DNA of 64,000 nucleotides from a virus. The stretch spans positions 96,001 through 160,000 of IMG/VR virus record IMGVR_UViG_3300027736_000020. One strand, given 5' to 3'. Under the pieces are notes generated by a model, which saw only the letters and a list, made by a program, of their open reading frames with translations, was not told where the DNA came from and did no database searches. The translations under genes and the position numbers were made by a program. This document shows, one piece after another, positions 47,671-55,416 of this stretch (within the stretch, counting starts at the first letter, position 1; each line of letters opens with the position of its first letter).

Positions 47671-48725
47671 TTGTGCCTCCTCTGGTTCCCGGAGAGCCAA
47701 GATATCTTTCCAATTCGCAGATTGAAATTCTTCTTGAATGTACATGGAAGCACAAACTCAAGTACATTGATGATGTGCAAGAGCCAACCAGTGACCATCT
47801 TATCATTGGTTCTGCTGTGCACAAAGGAGTTGAGGTCTATCGAATCGCTCAAATGGAAAACAGGCTTGGCGAATGGACCGAGAACCAGAGGAATCGCGCA
47901 GTCATTGATGCGATGAACAATGAGTTTGATACCCTTCTGTATAATGCCGAGAACGGCATTCCAAAGGAGGGATCAACTATACAGCCGATGTTTGGAGTCA
48001 AATGGTCTGCTGGAATGTCCGCTGAAATGGCGAGGAATCTTTGCAAAATGCTCTTGCAAGCATATTTTTATCGTACTGCAGAGAGCGACATTCCGGGTAC
48101 ACCCAAGGCTCCATTAGCCATGATCGACACTCCGTTATCCATTGAGGAAGAGTTCATGGTTCCCATTCCGGGAATGCCGAACTGGTCCGCAAAGGGTCGT
48201 TTCGACATGCGAACCAGTTCGGCTATTGTGGATCTGAAGACTGCCAAACAGAAATATTCCCAGCCAGAAATGGCCAAGAAAACACAACCAAGTCTCTATT
48301 CGTTTGCTTGGTTGGCCAAGGCTGGAGAATTCCTTCCGGAATTCAGATATCACCTGCTGGTGAAACCAAACAGGAATGTCTGGTCTTCCTCATCGAGACA
48401 ATCTCCTCCTCAGGATATCAATGCGTATCGTGCGGTAGTTCAGCAAACCAGACGGGATCCGTCCGAGATTCTCTGGTTTCTGGATTATCTTCGTCGTCAG
48501 ATCCACCAGATTGAGGCAGGAACGCAGACACAGCGTCAGAACGCAACATGGTGCGAGTATTGCGGCGTGGCCAGCGTGTGCAAGCCGTGGCTTGACGAGG
48601 GCACTAGACGTGCTCCGGAAGATGTGCTACACTCTCTGCGGGAGCTGGTCAACTCCCGTGACGTAAACGCGGAGGCGACCCCTTCGCAGGGAATGAAAGG
48701 TAACGACAATGGGTTCTCTAAATAA
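47667..48725 (+). CDS. PD-(D/E)XK exonuclease, Cas4/RecB/AddB-like with Fe-S cysteines
   Basis: 'LSNSQI..LLEC', 'GSAVHKGVE', 'GRFD...IVDLKT', 'QPSLY', 'CEYCGVASVC'. Confidence 0.85.
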   Translation: MIVPPLVPGEPRYLSNSQIEILLECTWKHKLKYIDDVQEPTSDHLIIGSAVHKGVEVYRIAQMENRLGEWTENQRNRAVIDAMNNEFDTLLYNAENGIPKEGSTIQPMFGVKWSAGMSAEMARNLCKMLLQAYFYRTAESDIPGTPKAPLAMIDTPLSIEEEFMVPIPGMPNWSAKGRFDMRTSSAIVDLKTAKQKYSQPEMAKKTQPSLYSFAWLAKAGEFLPEFRYHLLVKPNRNVWSSSSRQSPPQDINAYRAVVQQTRRDPSEILWFLDYLRRQIHQIEAGTQTQRQNATWCEYCGVASVCKPWLDEGTRRAPEDVLHSLRELVNSRDVNAEATPSQGMKGNDNGFSK

Positions 48726-49194
48726 GATTCTTCTCATCGGGAACGTGGGACGCGATCCAGAAGTGCGTCTCTCCAAGAACGGTGACTCGATGGCGACGTT
48801 TTCCTTGGCGACTTCCTACGGATACAAGAGTGGCGAGGGCGAGCGTGATCAGCAGACTGAGTGGCACCGCATTGTGATGTGGCGCAAGCTGGCAGAACAA
48901 GCAGAGAAGTACGTCAAGAAGGGTCGCAAGCTTTACGTCGAGGGACGTGTGCAGACCCGTACCTACGACACCCCAGCTGGAGAGAAGAAGTCGATCACTG
49001 AGGTGATTGCAGATCGCATGGAGTTTCTTGATCGCCCCGGTGATGGCGAAGACTCCACGGGTTCTTCTGCTCCTTCATATTCTGCTCGTCCTGCTGCTAC
49101 CGCAACCGCTTCGCGTGGACGGGCTTCTGGTGGAACGGCTGCGCCCATCCAAGACATGGACGATCCGTTCGCATTCGAAGATCTTCGCAGCTAA
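48709..49194 (+). CDS. ssb: Single-stranded DNA-binding protein
   Basis: 'LNKILLIGNVGRDPEVR...FSLAT...TEWHRIVMW..LAE...VKKGRKLYVEGRVQTRTY'. Confidence 0.95.
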   Translation: MGSLNKILLIGNVGRDPEVRLSKNGDSMATFSLATSYGYKSGEGERDQQTEWHRIVMWRKLAEQAEKYVKKGRKLYVEGRVQTRTYDTPAGEKKSITEVIADRMEFLDRPGDGEDSTGSSAPSYSARPAATATASRGRASGGTAAPIQDMDDPFAFEDLRS

Positions 49195-49216
49195 TCACAT
49201 CGTATAGTTGGATAAT

Positions 49217-49252
49217 GGGGGCGAGGCTGACCACCTCGTCCCCCTTTTTTTT
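49217..49252 (+). terminator. Rho-independent terminator after ssb
   Basis: GGGGGCGAGG-ctgacca-CCTCGTCCCC followed by T9. Confidence 0.85.
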
Positions 49253-49264
49253 GAAAGGATTTTT

Positions 49265-49900
49265 ATGACCGTGTTACTGAATGTATTGACCGCACTGACT
49301 ACATTTTTGGCTTTGATTACGGCGAGAATAATTGTTTCTTGGAAAAATTCATATTCTGAACACAAAACTCAATCAAATCCCACAAATCAATTTTTTGCCA
49401 CGCATTTTCGTCAATCTCCCTTGCTTCCACATGAAAATGCGGCTCTGGTGGCGATCAATTACATGGGACAGCAAAATCAGATGATGCTGGCTGCATTTTT
49501 GGCTACATATCAAAAAATGATGGATGATATGCTTTCTGATCTGACGGAAAAAAAAGATGACAAGATGGACAATTATGAAATCCTTTGCAAGGACGAGTTC
49601 ATCGAAGAAGTGAAGAGACTCATGGATTCGGACTCCGAAAAAGTTGTCAAGGAAATGGCAATGTGGGGCACCGAAAACGTAGAGAAATTCAGCTTGACTC
49701 TCGGACAAGTGTCAATTGAGACAGACGACTCGGGCGACTCCAATCATGCTATCGATGTATTGGTTGTGTTCCATGTCAAGGGGACGGGAGAGAATGCCTT
49801 GCGTTTTCAGTCCGAAGCATCAAGGTTTCTTCGAGAAATCATTTCCAAAAACGATCATCCTAGCCTTCAATTTCTCCGCGCTGATGTTCGCTGGCGATAA
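49265..49900 (+). CDS. Hypothetical protein with N-terminal TM helix
   Basis: AAGGA upstream of ATG 49265; 'VLLNVLTALTTFLALITARIIV'. Confidence 0.65.
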   Translation: MTVLLNVLTALTTFLALITARIIVSWKNSYSEHKTQSNPTNQFFATHFRQSPLLPHENAALVAINYMGQQNQMMLAAFLATYQKMMDDMLSDLTEKKDDKMDNYEILCKDEFIEEVKRLMDSDSEKVVKEMAMWGTENVEKFSLTLGQVSIETDDSGDSNHAIDVLVVFHVKGTGENALRFQSEASRFLREIISKNDHPSLQFLRADVRWR

Positions 49901-50195
49901 TCTTTGGCTTTATGTCCTGCTTCCTCCATGGCACAGGTCTTTTGGCCTTTGACTTGCTTTGAGGGAGCAAGATATATTTTATGATGTCAGCTCTTCGCAT
50001 GTACAATATTTTTTTTGATTGTCCGCCAATATGCTTGGCGTAAATCTTCCCATACATTGCAGCATCACGCAAGGCAGTTCTGCTTACTCCATACCGTTTT
50101 TGCGCATCATACAGAGTCAGGATATCCTGATAAGTTTCTCCATCCTGTAATGCAACGTTTTTTGCCATGTCTTCATATGTAAAAAATTTTTCCAT
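49860..50195 (-). CDS. Excisionase-like (HTH_17/MerR-type) DNA-binding protein
   Basis: 'LTLYDAQKRYGVSRTALRDAAMYGKIYA...LYMRRADIIKY'; GGAG upstream of ATG 50195. Confidence 0.65.
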   Translation of the reverse strand: MEKFFTYEDMAKNVALQDGETYQDILTLYDAQKRYGVSRTALRDAAMYGKIYAKHIGGQSKKILYMRRADIIKYILLPQSKSKAKRPVPWRKQDIKPKIIASEHQRGEIEG

Positions 50196-50217
50196 TTTAT
50201 TCTCCAAGGAGCGGCAA

Positions 50218-50613
50218 ATGTCTCAGAATAATCATCAGTTGAGTGTCAGGGAATTCATGAGTGCGATGGGTCAGGCAACCCCCGATTCCTTTTCTCCTGA
50301 AAATTTTCCATATGAACTCCGTTCAAAACTTATTATTGAGGAAGCAAATGAGTTCAAGGATGCTTGTGAAAAAAAAGACCATGTTGAAATCATAGACGCA
50401 ATTTGCGATTTATTGTATGTAACATATGGTGCAGCGATTGCATTGGGAATAGATATTGATGTATTTTTTAATGAAGTGCATCGATCAAATATGTCGAAGC
50501 TTGATCCTGAAACAGGCATGCCTATTGTCAGGTCAGACGGCAAGATAATGAAATCATGGGCGTATTCACCTCCTGATCTTTCCACATTGCTTGATCATCT
50601 TTCCGCAAAATAA
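50218..50613 (+). CDS. MazG-like/PRA-PH all-alpha NTP pyrophosphatase
   Basis: 'LIIEEANEF', 'IIDAICDLLYVTYG', 'FNEVHRSNMSK', 'RSDGKIMK...YSPPDL'; AAGGAG upstream. Confidence 0.85.
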   Translation: MSQNNHQLSVREFMSAMGQATPDSFSPENFPYELRSKLIIEEANEFKDACEKKDHVEIIDAICDLLYVTYGAAIALGIDIDVFFNEVHRSNMSKLDPETGMPIVRSDGKIMKSWAYSPPDLSTLLDHLSAK

Positions 50614-53129
50614 TCTCCAGCTGGTGCGTACCAGAATCCACTTCTGAATCCATCTCTTGATTGCGAGTTCTGGTAAAAAACAACTGTTGATCGCGTGCCA
50701 TGCGGCGCACTTCTTGTGTAGAAGTTGCGTCCATCGGCTTGATTGTTTAATGTTTCTCTTTCTCTTTCCGAAACTTCTTTTATTTTTCCGCTTATTCCCT
50801 TGAGCTCCACGAAGACTCCTTCGGGTGTGGATACAAGTCTGGAAAAATTTTGACCTTCGCGGTTTGTAAATTGCTGCAATGCTTGTTTTGGCAACAAAAC
50901 CGTTGTTCCGTCTCCTGCCAATTGTGCCGTGCTATACAATTTGCTATGAATTGAATTTTTGTTTCGAAGATGCGTCTTGAGATCAACAAGATGATCTTCT
51001 GGAGTTTGCAAAGATATCTGCGGTGTAGTTTCTTGTGGTTGACTTTGCGTATCCTGTTGCATTTGCAAAATCAATTGATTGCGTAATTCCATCAGAAGTT
51101 TTCCCAGTACATTCTGCCCTGATTGCAATCCATCACGTCGACCTACGTTGCTTGCACCCCAGAAAATATCATTTCTCAACCCGGTTGATTCGACAATATC
51201 TGCGGTCCCTGTTGCAACAAGTTGTTCCCTGAATTCCTTGCTATATCTTGCTTTCATGGTAAGCACCCGACGCATGATATCTATCTTTTTTCCATGAAAT
51301 TCAGGATCAAATAATTCTGGATTTTTTCCTTGCAAATTTTTTACAAAATCTTTTACATCTTTTGATGTGGGATTTTCGCCCATTGTTTCTGTTCCGGGAA
51401 GTCCTTTTATTTTCCCTTCAATAATACGCACTCCGAGAGGAGTAATATTTCCGTTTTGGTCTTTTAGTAATTTTGCCGCCTGATAAATGGTTTCAACACT
51501 TTTTCCATACACAGTTGTTTCTTGTCGAGTTCCATCATTTTTTAAAGATGAAATTTTGAAGGGGATAGAAATATTACTGAAATTAGAAAATATTGGTTTC
51601 CATGTTTGACTGGTTGTTTGATATGTGCCATAGGTATGCACACCATTAACATCCATTCGATCAGTTGTATCAGGAAGACCAACGGGAATTTGTCCTCGAT
51701 CAAAGTCGATGATATGTGCCTCGTGAGGAGATCCACCAAAAGTATTAATGATATGTTTTCTTGTCTCTTCCCAGCCTCCTGTGTTGCCAACGCTTCCTGT
51801 ATTTCCAACGCTTCCTGTAACAGCTCCTCCTATTTCTCCGTTGAGTGCAGCAATGCGAGGCATGGCTACTTTCCATGGATTTCCATCAGGGCTTGGATTG
51901 TTATCAAGATATTCTTTCAGAGCCGTTATTGCTCCGTTTGTATCATCTCTTCTTGCTTGATCCCTCCAATCTCTTTTCACAAATAATGATGCAACAAGAG
52001 GGCCAACTGGAGTTCCGTCCTTTCCTATCGGTTGATGAACAAAGACACTTCCATGTGCCATGGATGCAGAGTTTCTCAAGTACTTTCCTACTGCAGACAA
52101 ATAATCCGTGTCCTTGTATTTATCGCGAAAATCCATGGCAATGCCTCTACCCATTACAGGAACGCCTGCGCCATTAAGAACAGTATTGCATGTATTCACG
52201 ATCATGTTATAGCCACCTGACTTTTGAAAATCAGGATTCGTGATGTCTCCCTTGATTCCTTCTTTGACTTCGGGAGAAGCAGCCGGAGCGCCCGGAACGG
52301 TTGCTGATATGAGTGGTTCCTCTTTTTGTGAATCCCAATGCGCAATTATTTGATTGAGTCTATCAAAAGATGGAATTTCTTTTTGAAACATTCCGCGAAG
52401 AGTATCCTTGTCTTTTGAAAGATCCAATCTTTGTCGTGCTGCAATTGCTCTCATTGGATGAAGAATGATATCTTCAAAATATTTTAATGGTTGATCAGCA
52501 TTGCCTGTTTCTTTTTGCAATTCACGTATGTGAAAAATATCCGGAATTGGAACTCCAAGTTTGTCAGAAAGCCCTTTTGCAATAATTCTTCTATGACAAA
52601 AATTATTTGGATTAGAAAAGTCTTCAAAGCATGCCATTCCCACTCTTTGTATTACTGAGTTTTCGTCTTTGACTGCATCAACAGCCGCTGATAATTTGTC
52701 GTGAACATTTTCCGGAGTGACATATGGACTAATATTTATCGCCATTTGCTTTCTTGCTGCACGAGATCCAAGAAGGTCCGATTCTTGTCCTTGTCTCGCT
52801 TCTCTCAAATGTTCAGCTCTAGGTGTTGAAGCGGCCCAAAAATCTCTTATTGGTCCTTCAGGAATCGTTGCGGGAGATGCAACAATATCAAACGCTTTAC
52901 GTTGTGACCATTTGCGAGCTGCAGTGCCAGTTCCAGCAGGATGCCCTAACGAAACAGGAAGCACAATCCGAGTTGGATCTGCGATTGCGGTTACATTTTC
53001 AGCATGATTTGTCGTGAAAAGCGTGACGCGATGACCTAAAGATGGAGAAGACTCTGAAGTATCAGGATTGAGAGACTCCACGGGTTCTTCTGATGCACCT
53101 TCTGATTTTTTGAACAAGAGATAAACCAT
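50595..53129 (-). CDS. Polyvalent DUF488-like + DarG-like macrodomain + NADAR fusion protein
   Basis: DUF488-like 'MACFE...FCHRRIIAKGL' (~52540-53035). Macro 'KGDIT...IVNTCNTV...VMGRGIAMDFRDKY' (~51700-52260). NADAR 'FSNF...VETIYQAAK...LVATGTADIVE...DIFWG...GQNVLGKLLMELR' (~51065-51600). Start MVYLLFKKS at 53129 (GGAG 9 nt upstream) or 53144. Confidence 0.88.
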   Translation of the reverse strand: MVYLLFKKSEGASEEPVESLNPDTSESSPSLGHRVTLFTTNHAENVTAIADPTRIVLPVSLGHPAGTGTAARKWSQRKAFDIVASPATIPEGPIRDFWAASTPRAEHLREARQGQESDLLGSRAARKQMAINISPYVTPENVHDKLSAAVDAVKDENSVIQRVGMACFEDFSNPNNFCHRRIIAKGLSDKLGVPIPDIFHIRELQKETGNADQPLKYFEDIILHPMRAIAARQRLDLSKDKDTLRGMFQKEIPSFDRLNQIIAHWDSQKEEPLISATVPGAPAASPEVKEGIKGDITNPDFQKSGGYNMIVNTCNTVLNGAGVPVMGRGIAMDFRDKYKDTDYLSAVGKYLRNSASMAHGSVFVHQPIGKDGTPVGPLVASLFVKRDWRDQARRDDTNGAITALKEYLDNNPSPDGNPWKVAMPRIAALNGEIGGAVTGSVGNTGSVGNTGGWEETRKHIINTFGGSPHEAHIIDFDRGQIPVGLPDTTDRMDVNGVHTYGTYQTTSQTWKPIFSNFSNISIPFKISSLKNDGTRQETTVYGKSVETIYQAAKLLKDQNGNITPLGVRIIEGKIKGLPGTETMGENPTSKDVKDFVKNLQGKNPELFDPEFHGKKIDIMRRVLTMKARYSKEFREQLVATGTADIVESTGLRNDIFWGASNVGRRDGLQSGQNVLGKLLMELRNQLILQMQQDTQSQPQETTPQISLQTPEDHLVDLKTHLRNKNSIHSKLYSTAQLAGDGTTVLLPKQALQQFTNREGQNFSRLVSTPEGVFVELKGISGKIKEVSERERETLNNQADGRNFYTRSAPHGTRSTVVFYQNSQSRDGFRSGFWYAPAGDYFAER

Positions 53130-53152
53130 TGTTTTTGTCTCCATTTTTGTTT

Positions 53153-53161
53153 ATTATATCA
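53153..53161 (-). promoter_or_regulatory. Extended -10 element TGATATAAT
   Basis: Consensus TGnTATAAT directly upstream of the Macro-NADAR gene. Confidence 0.6.
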
Positions 53162-53194
53162 AAATAAATGAGCGAACATGATGCATCTGACAGG

Positions 53195-53203
53195 TGTTAT
53201 ACT
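53195..53203 (+). promoter_or_regulatory. Extended -10 element TGTTATACT
   Basis: Back-to-back with the previous element; 20 nt before ATG 53224 and its GGAG site. Confidence 0.5.
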
Positions 53204-53223
53204 TATAAAAGGCGGAGAGACAT

Positions 53224-55314
53224 ATGAAATTTTTTGAAAAAACCCCTTTTCCGTTCAAGATAAATAGTTTTCGCAAGGCAGAAGAAACACCATCTGAAGG
53301 TAATTTTGTCAATAGTGACGGCAATCCTGTTGAAAGAGCGGTTCGTCCATCTTTCGCAAATGGTGCAACAAAACCTTTTATCGGCAATGCGCAAGGTGAG
53401 CGTGTAAATAGGGTAAAAAATCCATCTTTTTCTGGACAATCTAGTCCTTTTTTTGTCAATCGAGAAGGAAGTGTTGTTCAAGCTGCAACACTTCCTTCTT
53501 ATACAAACACTGAAGGACAAACTGTTGACGCGCTAGCCAATCCTTTGTTTGTAAACAAAGAAGATGCCCCTGTTCCAAGAGCAAGGAATCCTGCTTTTCT
53601 ATCTGATGAAGAGATAGTGCATGCTTCGCCAAGAAATGTTTCAAATTTCTATTCTCCTTCTGTAACGGGAAAACAAGCAAAAACGAGCAGAGCAGTAGAC
53701 GAAATCCGAGCAGAAAGAGAACAAAACCCTCGTTCAGCGAATGAGGATGGCATAGCCGTTGATCCAATGATTGTCCCACTTTACGTAATAGACGAAAATG
53801 GAGACGTAACCACTGCGCTGAGGCGAGATTCTTTTGGTCCTTATTCATACATGCAACATAATGACAGTGATTACGTGGGAGCAGAGAGAAGATTAACTGG
53901 TGCACAAGGAAATTGGGGTGAGGAAGGTCTTGGTCCTGTAGCAGATGATTCTGAATTTGCATCACCTACGGCAACGCGGGCAGAAATGCTTGCAAGAATT
54001 CTTCGTGAAGAATACCTGAAGAGAGAATATCTAGCACAGCAGGGAGAGAAAATTGGAGGATTGCCTTTCAGTCCGCTTGCTACAAGTGCAAGATACTATG
54101 CTGGTAATTTTGATGCAAAAAATATGAATGCAAACAATTCTCAAGGACAATCTCCAAAAATGTGGGCATTCAGGGAAACGATGCAGCTTCCCGATAATCG
54201 TGAAGAACAAAAAGATTGGCGGCATATGACAACAGACTCGCCAACACCAAATTCTGGAAAACCTTATGATCTTGGAGAATCTTTTCGTAATTCTGCAGCT
54301 CAAGATATTGCAGACATGATTGAAGCTCATTTACGTGCCACTGGACAATGGCCAGAAAATAAACCAAGTATAGAAGTTAAAGCATTCAGGCAAGGTCCTT
54401 CTTCGAAAAATTTTCAAGCACAGAAAACAAAAAAAGCGGAAGAAGAAAAAGTAGATAAACTAAAAAATAGTTTTTCAAATATTGCAAATGAGGAAATAAT
54501 AAACCACATTCAATCATTCAGAGATTATGCAGTAAGATCAATGTGGGAAAATCCTGATCATTTACGAGATTATGAAGCAGCAGGGAAAATACTTCTTGAT
54601 CGATTGAACGAATCATTGAAAGATGATGATCGTTCTGAAATCTTTTTGGAAGATTTGGACACAGAAGGAATGGATGAAGAAGAGATTGCTACATGGCATG
54701 CAATGACAAATGCCACTAACGAGAGACTTGTGCATTATTTTTCTGGTCATTATCCAGATTTTGTTCACGATGCAGCTCTTTCTGAAATATCTTTTAGATT
54801 GCAACCAGAAGAAGATGAGCCACAAGCTCCGCAACCGCCAGCTCCGCAACCGCCAGCTCCGCAACCGCCAGCTCCGCAACCGCTAGCTCCGCAACCGCTA
54901 GCTCCGCAACCGCCAGCTCCGCAACCGCCAGCTCCGCAACCGCCAGCTCCGCAACCGCCAGCTCCGCAACCGCCAGCTCCGCAACCGCCAGCTCCGCAAC
55001 CGCTAGCTCCGCAACCGCCAGTCTCAACAAATTCATTTGAATCAATCATGCATAATTTTGGTCATGTCAAGGGAACGGGAACGAATCTTAGCGATCAAGA
55101 AATAAATTCATTGACTCCTGAACAGTTTGATATTTACTCTGAGGCTTTGATGAATGGATCATTGGATGCATGGCTGGAGACAAATACTCCGAAACCGTCG
55201 AATAATCAAACTGTATCGACACCAGAGATTAATAGATCCGCAGCTGTTGATCCAGATGTTGATCCAGATCCAGATGATGAATATTTACCTGTCGGTATTG
55301 ATGATTTTTTTTGA
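53224..55314 (+). CDS. 696 aa hypothetical protein with N-terminal degenerate repeats and APQPP tract
   Basis: Long ORF with GGAG; FRKA near the N-terminus; ends GIDDFF. Confidence 0.8.
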   Translation: MKFFEKTPFPFKINSFRKAEETPSEGNFVNSDGNPVERAVRPSFANGATKPFIGNAQGERVNRVKNPSFSGQSSPFFVNREGSVVQAATLPSYTNTEGQTVDALANPLFVNKEDAPVPRARNPAFLSDEEIVHASPRNVSNFYSPSVTGKQAKTSRAVDEIRAEREQNPRSANEDGIAVDPMIVPLYVIDENGDVTTALRRDSFGPYSYMQHNDSDYVGAERRLTGAQGNWGEEGLGPVADDSEFASPTATRAEMLARILREEYLKREYLAQQGEKIGGLPFSPLATSARYYAGNFDAKNMNANNSQGQSPKMWAFRETMQLPDNREEQKDWRHMTTDSPTPNSGKPYDLGESFRNSAAQDIADMIEAHLRATGQWPENKPSIEVKAFRQGPSSKNFQAQKTKKAEEEKVDKLKNSFSNIANEEIINHIQSFRDYAVRSMWENPDHLRDYEAAGKILLDRLNESLKDDDRSEIFLEDLDTEGMDEEEIATWHAMTNATNERLVHYFSGHYPDFVHDAALSEISFRLQPEEDEPQAPQPPAPQPPAPQPPAPQPLAPQPLAPQPPAPQPPAPQPPAPQPPAPQPPAPQPPAPQPLAPQPPVSTNSFESIMHNFGHVKGTGTNLSDQEINSLTPEQFDIYSEALMNGSLDAWLETNTPKPSNNQTVSTPEINRSAAVDPDVDPDPDDEYLPVGIDDFF
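54826..55020 (+). repeat. 13 x 15-bp tandem repeat (gctccgcaaccgc[c/t]a; APQP[P/L])
   Basis: Counted directly; GC-rich and nearly perfect. Confidence 0.95.
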
Positions 55315-55416
55315 AAGTTTTTATGATTATTGGAAAATACGCGTCAAAATTATTTAAAAATTTTCATGATTATCCTTTGGTGAAAAAAATAAAAAAGATT
55401 CATAAGAGTACAAATA

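Noticed and set aside
42074-50613. Hypermodified-base pathway implied by dNMP kinase, RNR and MazG-like pyrophosphatase
   Set aside because: These enzymes are common in large phages with ordinary DNA, and no base-modifying enzyme is visible in this window.
54765-55049. Minus-strand ORFs with (GAGGC)n and (AVAEL)n
   Set aside because: Antisense shadows of the 15-bp APQPP repeat inside the plus-strand gene; no RBS or independent support.
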